DNA from: Phycisphaeraceae bacterium
GTDB taxonomy: Bacteria; Planctomycetota; Phycisphaerae; Phycisphaerales; Phycisphaeraceae
DNA length: 64,000 nucleotides
Assembly: GCA_963674705.1 (NCBI GenBank)
Contig: OY771506.1
Coordinates: forward strand, 4,032,001-4,096,000
Direction of reading: 5' to 3'
Part shown: one piece after another, positions 1 through 8,472 of the stretch
How positions within the stretch are numbered: position 1 is the stretch's first letter
Layout of the letters: every line of letters starts with the position of its first letter
Position numbers and translations under genes: made by a program
Notes under the pieces: model-generated
What the model saw: only the letters and a program-made list of their open reading frames with translations
Told to the model about the DNA's origin: nothing
Database searches by the model: none

Positions 1-1
1 G

Positions 2-226
2 CAAGACTGGAACCACGGCGACCCCAGCCCGCCGAACGATCCGATCGTCGATCCGCGGGCTGATGCGAATGGAGATGGTTTTGTCGGCCTGGACGATCTG
101 GACATGGTGCTGACTACGTGGAATAAAGGTGCACCACCCGTAGAGCTTCCGACCCCGGAACCCGGTGCGCTTGGGCTGCTTGCCGCGGGGATAGGCGCAT
201 TATCACTGAGGAGGAACAAGAGGTAA
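2..226 (+). CDS. C-terminal fragment of a dockerin-like (EF-hand) PEP-CTERM protein; runs off the window start
   Basis: Manual translation of frame 2: QDWNHGDPSPPNDPIVDPRADANGDGFVGLDDLDMVLTTWNKGAPPVELPTPEPGALGLLAAGIGALSLRRNKR*. It has a DxNGDG Ca-binding loop followed by PEP, a hydrophobic segment and a basic tail. Confidence 0.88.
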   Translation, partial: QDWNHGDPSPPNDPIVDPRADANGDGFVGLDDLDMVLTTWNKGAPPVELPTPEPGALGLLAAGIGALSLRRNKR

Positions 227-363
227 GTACGGTATTGAACGAATCGAACTGATGCATAACAACGATACGGATCATCGAACAGATTGGCCCGTGCGATCAT
301 ATCCAGGCAATGGGTATAGTCGCGCGGGTCGCCTTGAAGCTGTAGTAAATAAAGGAATCGGCA

Positions 364-1440
364 ATGGGTGAAGTTCAGTTGAATCGAGAAACGGCGGTCA
401 GACTACTTCAGTATTCAACCGCTGCCGGGCTGGGCGCTTTTGCGTTCGGGGCGCAGACGCCGGAAGCATTGTCTGCGGTGGTTTACACCGATCTTGGCGG
501 GATCGTGATTGAGCGCGGTGAATCCGCTGAATTCGATGTCGATGGGGATGGATATCTTGACTTCCGGCTTGTCAATACGAACGCCGGCGGCATCAGCGGT
601 TACGGCACCGTGCGGTTCATGACCAGTATCGATGCGGGGTGGTACGGCCCACCAGTAACGAGTGTCAATCCGGCATCGTATGCCCAAATAAATGCAAGTA
701 TAACTCGTATCCACGATACCTATTACATCAATTCATTTATTGATGGCGAAGTCATCGGCCCAGGCAATCCGAGTTGTATCGATGAGCCGCCCAGCAGCGG
801 AGGCCAGTTCTATGGTCTGCTGTCGCAGTATCCCGGTTGGGACAAGCACTCGTTCTGGAATCCTTCGCCCAACCCAAGCTCTTATGGCTATGACTACAAC
901 GAATACGCCGGCCTGCGCATGGTCGATATCAACGGTGATACACGCTATGCCTGGATACGCTTCCAGATTGTGATCCACGACACTGCGAGCACGAGCGGTT
1001 TCCCGATCCCGGACGGCCAGATCACGTATCACGACTTCTTCTGGGATACGGATCGGTATGTGGTCCTATACGACTATGCATATGGGACGGATCCGAACAC
1101 TGATATCTGCAGTGGATGTGATGACGGATGCTGGGGCGATCATCCATGTAAAGCAGCGGACCTGAACGAAGATTGTTACGTCGGTCTGGCTGATCTTGAT
1201 ATCGTCCTCAGCAACTGGAACCGCGGTGATCCCGGTATCGGCCCGTTATTGCCAATCCTCGATCAGCGAGCTGATGTTGACGGCGATGGCTATGTCGGCC
1301 TGAACGACCTTGACTGGATATTACAGTGTTGGGCCCAAGGCACGCCACCGACCACGTTGGTGCCGGAACCGGGCGCCTTAGGCCTGCTGGCAGCGGGAGC
1401 GGGTGCGCTTGCACTGAATCGCAGCCGCAGGCGATCATAA
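364..1440 (+). CDS. Secreted PEP-CTERM protein with dockerin-like double Ca-binding repeat
   Basis: N-terminal signal-like segment; ADLNEDCYVGLADLD and ADVDGDGYVGLNDLD repeats; VPEPGALGLLAAGAGALALNRSRRRS tail; AAGGA SD upstream. Confidence 0.9.
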   Translation: MGEVQLNRETAVRLLQYSTAAGLGAFAFGAQTPEALSAVVYTDLGGIVIERGESAEFDVDGDGYLDFRLVNTNAGGISGYGTVRFMTSIDAGWYGPPVTSVNPASYAQINASITRIHDTYYINSFIDGEVIGPGNPSCIDEPPSSGGQFYGLLSQYPGWDKHSFWNPSPNPSSYGYDYNEYAGLRMVDINGDTRYAWIRFQIVIHDTASTSGFPIPDGQITYHDFFWDTDRYVVLYDYAYGTDPNTDICSGCDDGCWGDHPCKAADLNEDCYVGLADLDIVLSNWNRGDPGIGPLLPILDQRADVDGDGYVGLNDLDWILQCWAQGTPPTTLVPEPGALGLLAAGAGALALNRSRRRS

Positions 1441-1462
1441 GTATTCGAAGCTGGTTGAGGTA

Positions 1463-1544
1463 TTACACGCGATCTTTGGGCGTCAGGAATCGTGTGACTT
1501 TGAAGGCGCGGTTGCCGCGGTATTGGCCTAGTTGGCCGATGTAT
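1463..1544 (-). pseudogene. Orphan duplicate of the fliM 3' end (about 26 codons plus stop)
   Basis: Translates to YIGQLGQYRGNRAFKVTRFLTPKDRV* versus fliM YIGQLGQYRGNRAFKVSRSITPKDRV*. By hand alignment, 67 of 82 nt are identical to 2247-2328. Confidence 0.9.
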
Positions 1545-1632
1545 GTGTGTCGTTCTCAAATAGCATGCGGGACGGATGATAAATATTGCACGAAAGCCTT
1601 AGATCAATAATCGCAGATTTGATACGGAAGGC

Positions 1633-2169
1633 CTAGAAAATCGGCCACAATCCCATCTCTGTGACTGCGAGGATGGCCACCATAGGCGTGAATATCAGTT
1701 CCGCTGCTAATCCCAACCAGCAAGTAAACTTTGCCAACTCTGTTGTTTTACCTTGCCGGTGTCTGCGGAGATTATCTGCAAACCAGATAACAGGAGCCAC
1801 AGAGAAACCGAACGCCAGGTAGCATAAGAGATACCAGCTCAATGATCGATCGTGTTGAGGAGGTAAATCAGAGAATCTACCGCCTAGATTGGGAAATACG
1901 TTGGGTAATTTCCCGAGCACAACACCAATCGTTATAAGAAACAAGAAAACATAGGATGCGATGATAGCGGATGCATTTTCAGTCTTCTGAATTAGTGCCG
2001 TGGCAAAGAGAGCCGGCAGAACAAACATAAACAGAATTCCGCGACTTAAACCTCTGACCGCTATCAAATGGGCGATTGGGATCAAGAATCCAATAACCGG
2101 CAAGGGATTGTGTTCACGAAGATACCGCAGGCAACGAGTGGAGATATGTATGTGTTCCGTCTTACTCAT
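1633..2169 (-). CDS. Hypothetical integral membrane protein (about 4-5 TM), AT-rich
   Basis: 178-aa ORF with several hydrophobic helices; visibly more AT-rich than its neighbours; TAGAAT 8 nt before the ATG. Confidence 0.7.
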   Translation of the reverse strand: MSKTEHIHISTRCLRYLREHNPLPVIGFLIPIAHLIAVRGLSRGILFMFVLPALFATALIQKTENASAIIASYVFLFLITIGVVLGKLPNVFPNLGGRFSDLPPQHDRSLSWYLLCYLAFGFSVAPVIWFADNLRRHRQGKTTELAKFTCWLGLAAELIFTPMVAILAVTEMGLWPIF

Positions 2170-2246
2170 GTAACTGAATTCTAGAAAAATAGCTCTACCC
2201 GCACAATCACAGGAACTAGATACCCCAAGTAAAGATAATCAGTCAT

Positions 2247-3275
2247 TCACACCCGGTCTTTAGGTGTAATCGACCGTGAGACCTTGAACGCGCGGTTGCC
2301 GCGGTACTGGCCGAGTTGGCCGATGTATTTGCGGCGGCCGCCGACGGACAGGGACAGCGGGCTGGAGGCGGGTTTTTCGGTGAGGATGACGTCGCCGACC
2401 TGCAGGTTCATCAGGTCGTTTACGCTCATGGTGGTGTCGGCAAGGACGGCGGTGACTTCAAGCTTGGCTGCTTCGAGGTGACCCTCGAGGCGGTGGCGTA
2501 GCTGCTTGTCTTTCTTGTTCTTCTTGTAAGCTGCCCAGGTCTGGCTGGAGAGCTTGTCGATCACCGGCTCGATGACGTTGTAGGGGATGCACAGGCTCAT
2601 CGTGCCGGCACGTGTGCCCATCTTCACTTCAAAGTTGACGACGACGACGACTTCGTTGGGCGGAACGATCTGCACGAGCGCGGGGTTGGACTCTGTGTCT
2701 TCCAACTGGAAGTTGGCTGGGACGATATTGGCCCAAGCCTCCGCCAGGCCCATCTTCGCGCGGTCGATGATCTTGCTGACCAGTCGGAGCTCGATCGCGG
2801 TCAGCGGCCGCTGCGGGATGAAAAGGTCCGCATTGGAACCGCCGAGCAGGCGGTCGATGACGGGGTAGATGATCAGCGGGCTGATTTCCAGACACATGTT
2901 GCCGTCCAGCGGCTCGCAGGAAAGCAGGTTAAAGCATGTGGGGTTGGGCAGGGCGTGGGTGAACTCGCTGAAGGTCATCTGCTCGATATTGGAAACCTTG
3001 ACCTCCATGATCGTGCGTAGAAAGCCGGAAAGCAGGGCACCGTAACTGCGGGCGAATGCCTCATGCAGCGTTTCGAGGGCGCGCATCTGGTCTTTACTGA
3101 CGCGCTCGGGCCGTTTGAAGTCGTAGTCGCGAACCTCGACATCTTCAGTGCTGCCGACACGACGCCGACTGAAGAACACCGGATCGGTCGACTCATGCTT
3201 CTCCTCGGCTGAGTCGCTGGACCCGACAGCCGCCAACAGGGCATCAACTTCACTTTGATCAAGCAGGTCAGACAT
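2247..3275 (-). CDS. fliM: Flagellar motor switch protein FliM
   Basis: N-terminal CheY-binding motif LDQSEVDALL, YDFKRPERVSKDQMRAL, CheC-like middle region and C-terminal SpoA domain. Start reassigned to MSDLL at 3275. Confidence 0.95.
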   Translation of the reverse strand: MSDLLDQSEVDALLAAVGSSDSAEEKHESTDPVFFSRRRVGSTEDVEVRDYDFKRPERVSKDQMRALETLHEAFARSYGALLSGFLRTIMEVKVSNIEQMTFSEFTHALPNPTCFNLLSCEPLDGNMCLEISPLIIYPVIDRLLGGSNADLFIPQRPLTAIELRLVSKIIDRAKMGLAEAWANIVPANFQLEDTESNPALVQIVPPNEVVVVVNFEVKMGTRAGTMSLCIPYNVIEPVIDKLSSQTWAAYKKNKKDKQLRHRLEGHLEAAKLEVTAVLADTTMSVNDLMNLQVGDVILTEKPASSPLSLSVGGRRKYIGQLGQYRGNRAFKVSRSITPKDRV

Positions 3276-3290
3276 CGATTGAACAGCATC

Positions 3291-3345
3291 CTCAAGATCG
3301 GGGTTCTGAGGATTGTTATCGGCCTCAGGGCATGCCGATCTTGAG
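3291..3345 (-). promoter_or_regulatory. Nested inverted repeat enclosing a sigma28-like -10 element (GCCGATAA) upstream of fliM
   Basis: CTCAAGATCGG (3291-3301) pairs with CCGATCTTGAG (3335-3345); inner CTGAGG pairs with CCTCAG; minus-strand GCCGATAA at 3316-3323. Confidence 0.55.
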
Positions 3346-3453
3346 AACCAGCCAGCAGATACAGCCTTCGTAAGGTAAAATCGGTTCTTCCAGGAAGTGG
3401 CGGACCACGATCCTGCTGATTCTGAACACCAATCCAACCCCCCGGTACCGATC

Positions 3454-3915
3454 ATGAGCTTACAAGACAAACTCGCTGAACTGGGCTTAGAGCTACCCGA
3501 ATCACCGTTGACCGTCGCTGCGTACCTGCCCGCGGTACGCACCGGCAATCTGGTCGTTGTCAGCGGCCAACTGCCGCTGGTCAATGGCAAACTGGAAGTA
3601 AACGGCCCTGTGCCTTCGAAGACCTCGATGGAAGTGGCTCAAAAAGCAGCGGCACAGTGCGTTTTGAATGGCCTGGCGGCGTTGGGCACGCTGATCGAGC
3701 GGGATTTTTCCCGCCTGGTCGGCGTGATCCGGGTGGGAGTATTCGTCGCATCGGACTCAAACTTCAACGAGCAGCACCTGGTCGCCAACGGTGCTAGTGA
3801 GTTGCTGAATAAGCTTTTGGGCGAAAAAGGCCGGCACGCAAGGACGGCGGTGGGGGTGCCATGCCTGCCGCTGGGGACGCCTGTAGAGATAGAATTCATG
3901 TTTGAGGTGGCATAG
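3454..3915 (+). CDS. RidA/YjgF family protein (Rid1-like)
   Basis: AAYLPAVRTGNLVVVSGQLP, VANGASELL, GRHARTAVGV and PVEIE motifs. Confidence 0.9.
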   Translation: MSLQDKLAELGLELPESPLTVAAYLPAVRTGNLVVVSGQLPLVNGKLEVNGPVPSKTSMEVAQKAAAQCVLNGLAALGTLIERDFSRLVGVIRVGVFVASDSNFNEQHLVANGASELLNKLLGEKGRHARTAVGVPCLPLGTPVEIEFMFEVA

Positions 3916-4137
3916 ACCGTTGGGTGGATTCGTAGCCGAGCGGCCATGCCCGATGATCCCAAGGTTGACGAAAGGTCGATTTACAGCGACACTTACGGGT
4001 CGTGACCCTGCTGTCACGATGGGTTGCTCAGGCATCCCAGCCAGGGGGTTTGAACGGTTTGGGGCACTGTCCGCGAAAAGCGGGTAATACGTCGGCCGTC
4101 GAGGCCGGTATCAGCTTGTAACATCGGAGTGAATCAC

Positions 4138-5496
4138 ATGGCACGTGCACGTGGTGGCGGCGGATCAGGCTCGGCTTGGGCATTGGTGATCTTCGGCGCA
4201 GGCTTTTTTATATGCCTGATTTTGGCCATCATATTCTTCACGCAGATCAACGGCGCAAAAGAGGCGCAAAAGAAAGCGGAGAACAGTCTCCGTGAATTCG
4301 TAACCGGTAGCGAGCAAGGTTTGCCCGAGGTTGACGAATTGCGTGCCAGGGACGGCTCGGTCGTTGGTGCGTTGCTGGAAGAGCGCGGCTGGCTGCGAAA
4401 GGTCGTTGCCAGTGATCCGACCAAGAGCCAGGAAGAGATCGAGGCTTCGATCAATTCGTTGAGTGTTCAGGGCAAGGCCCTGCTTCAGGAAGTCACGCAG
4501 CTTCAGAACCAACTATCCGGCGCCAATGAACTGCAAGAGACGTTGAACCAGGAACTGGAAGCCGCCCGTGCCCGCGCGGAAGAAGCAGAAGCCAGCAAGG
4601 CCAGGCTCGACGAGAACTACAAGAACTCCATTGCCAACCTGCAACAGACGCTGGATCAAACCGAAGCGGTATTGGAAACAACTCGTCAGAAAATCCAGGA
4701 GCAGAAGTCATCACTCGACGGCGAAATGTCCGCCACGCGTCAGGAATATGTCGATCGTATCGCGTCACTTGAGCAGAGTGTTAGCGATAAGCAGAAACAG
4801 ATCGACGAACTCCGTAAGGAGTTATACGTGTCACGTGGTATCGGTGGCCAGGACCCGGGTCCCGGCAACCTGACACGGCCTGACGGTCGCATTGTCTCAA
4901 TGGGGACAAATCCGGGGGAAGTGTTCATCAGCCTTGGTCGTGACGACCGTCTCCAGTTGGGCATGACCTTCGAGGTTTTCGATGCGAACGAGTTGATCAA
5001 GCTTACCGAGTACAACGAGCTTCGCGGCAAGGCGACGTTGGAAGTCGTCAGTGTGGATGAGTCGGCTTCGTTGGCTCGCGTGGTCCGCTTGGAACGGGGT
5101 CGGGCGATTAGCGAAGGCGACGCCATCGTGAACCTGGTGTACGACCCGGAAGCGACCTACAAGTTCTACGTCTACGGCGAGTTCTCGTTTGACGGCCTGC
5201 CCGCCAACGAAGCCGGCAGGGACCGGATCGTCAGCAAGATCCTGCAGTGGGGCGGCAAGGTCAGCGACGAATTGACCTACGATGTGGATTACCTGGTGCT
5301 CGGTCAGGAGCCGCCGCTGCCGTCGCCTCCGCCGGAGGGTGAAGTGGACCCGGTGAAGATCGCTGAGTATGTCCAAGCCCAGCGGGTGTATGAGACGTAC
5401 CAGGAACTGATCGGTGAGGCACGTGATCCCTCGCTGAACATCCCGATCCTGAATCAGAACCGGTTCCTGGCTCTGGTCGGCGACTACGACCGGTAG
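4138..5496 (+). CDS. Membrane-anchored coiled-coil protein with beta-domain and C-terminal BRCT-like domain
   Basis: N-terminal TM, long heptad region, then VFISLGRDDRLQLGMTFEVF, then IVSKILQWGGKVSDELTYDVDYLVLG (BRCT-like). Confidence 0.75.
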   Translation: MARARGGGGSGSAWALVIFGAGFFICLILAIIFFTQINGAKEAQKKAENSLREFVTGSEQGLPEVDELRARDGSVVGALLEERGWLRKVVASDPTKSQEEIEASINSLSVQGKALLQEVTQLQNQLSGANELQETLNQELEAARARAEEAEASKARLDENYKNSIANLQQTLDQTEAVLETTRQKIQEQKSSLDGEMSATRQEYVDRIASLEQSVSDKQKQIDELRKELYVSRGIGGQDPGPGNLTRPDGRIVSMGTNPGEVFISLGRDDRLQLGMTFEVFDANELIKLTEYNELRGKATLEVVSVDESASLARVVRLERGRAISEGDAIVNLVYDPEATYKFYVYGEFSFDGLPANEAGRDRIVSKILQWGGKVSDELTYDVDYLVLGQEPPLPSPPPEGEVDPVKIAEYVQAQRVYETYQELIGEARDPSLNIPILNQNRFLALVGDYDR

Positions 5497-5508
5497 GCCA
5501 GATCGTCG

Positions 5509-6522
5509 ATGGCAAAAAACCAAGGCCCGATCGCCATATGGAGCCAGTACCTGGGCGCACGCCTGGCGGCGATGGGTCTGACGATGTTCAATGTCGAAGC
5601 GAACCTGCACACGGCCGCGGCGATCGGCCGGGCAATGTACGCGTGGGATAAACGCCATCGGGAGCGTGCCGCCCGAAGCATCAGCCTGGCTTTCCCGGAT
5701 CTCAGCGAAGGACAAGTACAGCGGGTCTGCAAGGCCTCCTTCGAGCACTTCGTCCAACTGGCGTTCGAGGTGATCCACACGCCGCGTGTGATCAGCAGAG
5801 ACTCCTGGGCCCACCGCATGACCGCGGCCAACCTCGGCCCGGCGATGGACCTGCTCAACGCTCGCAAGCCCGTGATCCTCGTCACGGGCCACCTGGGTAA
5901 CTGGGAGGTGCTGGGCTACCTGCTGGCGGTCATCGGCTACGAGGTCGATGCGATCGCCCGGCCGATCGACAACCCGCTGATCAACGACTGGCTGCTGGGG
6001 ATCCGCGAGAACAAGGGGATGCGGATCATCACGAAGTGGGACGCAACGGACCGGATGCTGGAAGTGCTGGGCAACGGTGGGGCGTTGGGCTTCATCGCGG
6101 ACCAGAATGCCGGCGACAAGGGCATGTTCGTGCCGTTTTTTGGCCGATTGGCCAGTTCGTACAAGTCGATCGGGCTGCTGGCGATCAGGCAGGAAGTACC
6201 GATCGTGTGCGGGTATGCCCATCGGGTCGGCCCCGGATTTCACTACGAACTGGGCGTCGCAGACGTGATCCGGCCGGACGATTGGCAAGACAGGCATGAC
6301 CCGTTGTATTATGTGACAGCCAGATACGCCCGGGCGATCGAGGCGATGGTCCGATTACGGCCCGAGCAGTATTTGTGGATGCACCGGCGATGGAAGAGTC
6401 GACCCCGCCACGAGCGGCTGGGCAAACCCATGCCCAAGGCGTTGAGGCAGAATCTGGAGGCCCTGCCTTGGATGGATCAGACCCAGATGGACCGGCTGCT
6501 GAATCCACCGGAACCCGCCTGA
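5509..6522 (+). CDS. LpxL/HtrB-family lipid A late acyltransferase
   Basis: GHLGNWE, DQNAG, FVPFFG and PEQYLWMHRRWK motifs. Confidence 0.9.
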   Translation: MAKNQGPIAIWSQYLGARLAAMGLTMFNVEANLHTAAAIGRAMYAWDKRHRERAARSISLAFPDLSEGQVQRVCKASFEHFVQLAFEVIHTPRVISRDSWAHRMTAANLGPAMDLLNARKPVILVTGHLGNWEVLGYLLAVIGYEVDAIARPIDNPLINDWLLGIRENKGMRIITKWDATDRMLEVLGNGGALGFIADQNAGDKGMFVPFFGRLASSYKSIGLLAIRQEVPIVCGYAHRVGPGFHYELGVADVIRPDDWQDRHDPLYYVTARYARAIEAMVRLRPEQYLWMHRRWKSRPRHERLGKPMPKALRQNLEALPWMDQTQMDRLLNPPEPA

Positions 6523-6646
6523 CCGACCGATTAGAGCTGGGCTGATTTCCGGACCCCGCCTAGGATAGTGATGGCCATTAAGTCATACCGATCCTGAATA
6601 CCCCCCAAACTGTTCCCCCCAATCCCGTGGAAACTATTTAACGAAG

Positions 6647-7054
6647 ATGAACCAAATGGCAGAAGAAACCGGAGAATTAAGGCTGGAAGCCAGAAAAGTG
6701 CTTATCGTGGACGACGACCCTGAAGTCCGCGCAGCGATTGACCATGCCCTGCAGGCCGAAGGCGCCTTGACACAGTATTGTGGCGACGGAAACTCGGCGG
6801 TGCGTATTTGCGAGTCGGACCCGCCGGACCTGGTCGTGCTGGACATGATGCTGCCCAAACGGTCGGGCTTCCTGGTTCTGGACCGAATCAAGAAGCTGGA
6901 AACCCCGCCGGTGGTGATTATGGTGACCGCCAATGAAGGGCGCCGCCACCAGCAGTATGCCGAGACGCTTGGCGTGGACGGCTACATCCTTAAGCCCGTG
7001 CGGCTGGAACGCCTGATCACCATGGCGCGAGATCTGCTGGATGCACGCGATTGA
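6647..7054 (+). CDS. Single-domain response regulator (receiver only)
   Basis: VLIVDDD, LVVLDMMLP, VIMVTA and YILKP motifs; no output domain. Confidence 0.9.
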   Translation: MNQMAEETGELRLEARKVLIVDDDPEVRAAIDHALQAEGALTQYCGDGNSAVRICESDPPDLVVLDMMLPKRSGFLVLDRIKKLETPPVVIMVTANEGRRHQQYAETLGVDGYILKPVRLERLITMARDLLDARD

Positions 7055-7179
7055 TGCCGATGTAGTCTACGGGGGAGGGTTTTTCCCCTAAATGCTGTTG
7101 GGATATACTAGTGGCGCAATCCGTGTGGCTGTGACAACCAGGACGTCAGAGCCCTGACCGACCGCGAAGGAGGTATACG

Positions 7180-8400
7180 ATGAGTGCAAGTGGCCGTGGT
7201 AAGTGGCTTGGGCTGTTGATCGCCGTTCTGATGTACATGCCCGTCGCCAAAGTGCTCGCCAGCGAAGCTGTCGTCACCACTTACGACGACCGGACACTCA
7301 CCGGCGAGTTGGTCAGCCAGGATGAGAATACCGTCACGTTGCTGATCTCCGGGATCAAGACACCCATCCCACGACAGTCGATCAAGAGCATCGAGATCAA
7401 GGATGCCCCGCCGGAGCAGTACCGCAAACTGCGTGCGGAACTGGACGACGATGATCTGGACGGCCGGTATCGTCTGGCTTACCAGATGTACGAGAAGAAG
7501 TGGTACGAACTGGCGATGGTTGAGTTGCAGTCTATGCGACGAGACTTCCCGGATAGTGACAAGGTGCGTGCACTACAGACCGTCGTCCAGAGTCGTATCG
7601 ATCGTGAGCGGGAAGAGGCGCGTCAGACCATTCGCCCCAGCACCGGCCCCGGTGCCAGCAACCCGACAACGCAGCCGGACGTCGAAGTCAACGGGATGCC
7701 CGGTCCGGAACGGCGTCTCACAGAAGAACAAATCAACACGATCCGTGTGTACGAAGTCGATCTGTCGGAAGAGCCTAACATCTCGCTCAAACCCGAGACT
7801 ATTGAAAAACTGTATGAAAACTACTCGTCAAATGATCGGCTGACCAAGGACCGTCGAGAGTTCCGGCGCATGCCCGGTCACGAGCAGTTGGAGGTATTGT
7901 TTGACCTGCAGGCGCGCGAGTTATATCCCGAAGTGATCATCCGTCAGGATTCACCTGCGATCAAGGCGTTTCGTACGAAACTGCATCAGCGTTATGTGTT
8001 GAGTTACTGTGCGGCTACGGGTTGTCATGGTGACGGCTCGCCGGGCAACCTCTTCCTGTTCCGTACCCAGCCTAACAGTGACCCGACCGTGTACACGAAC
8101 TTCTACATCCTTAACCAGATCAAACAGCCACAGGGCGTGATGATCGATCGGGATGAACCGGGGCGTTCGTTGCTGTTGCAGTATGGACTTGACCGTGATG
8201 CTGCGGCTGCACCACACCCGGATGTGAAGGGGTGGCGTCCGCAGTTTGTGGATGATCAGGACCCTCGCTACCGGGATTACATGGATGCGATCGACCTGCT
8301 GTGGAAGCCGGCCCCGGATTACGGGATCGACTACACCCCGCCGGTCTTGCGTAGTTCGGCAGGGGTCGAAGAATCGGAAAATACCCAGCCCACGCAGTGA
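7180..8400 (+). CDS. Secreted hypothetical protein with a CX4CH motif
   Basis: Signal peptide; AAGGAGG SD; CAATGCHG at 8008-8031. Confidence 0.75.
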   Translation: MSASGRGKWLGLLIAVLMYMPVAKVLASEAVVTTYDDRTLTGELVSQDENTVTLLISGIKTPIPRQSIKSIEIKDAPPEQYRKLRAELDDDDLDGRYRLAYQMYEKKWYELAMVELQSMRRDFPDSDKVRALQTVVQSRIDREREEARQTIRPSTGPGASNPTTQPDVEVNGMPGPERRLTEEQINTIRVYEVDLSEEPNISLKPETIEKLYENYSSNDRLTKDRREFRRMPGHEQLEVLFDLQARELYPEVIIRQDSPAIKAFRTKLHQRYVLSYCAATGCHGDGSPGNLFLFRTQPNSDPTVYTNFYILNQIKQPQGVMIDRDEPGRSLLLQYGLDRDAAAAPHPDVKGWRPQFVDDQDPRYRDYMDAIDLLWKPAPDYGIDYTPPVLRSSAGVEESENTQPTQ

Positions 8401-8472
8401 TGCTTCGCCTCGCAGGCTGTTAACCAGGTCGGCTCGCACCGGCTTTTGATGCTTAAGTGAAAGGACGAATCC

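Noticed and set aside
3916..4128. tRNA-like start (GTAGCCGAGCGGCC) and several small hairpins
   Set aside because: No T-arm (GTTCRA) or acceptor stem, and the hairpins are compatible with chance in GC-rich DNA.
4897..6297. Long antisense ORFs (also 60798-61994, 39083-40090, 11130-11939)
   Set aside because: They are shadows of well-supported genes in high-GC DNA and have no recognisable motifs.
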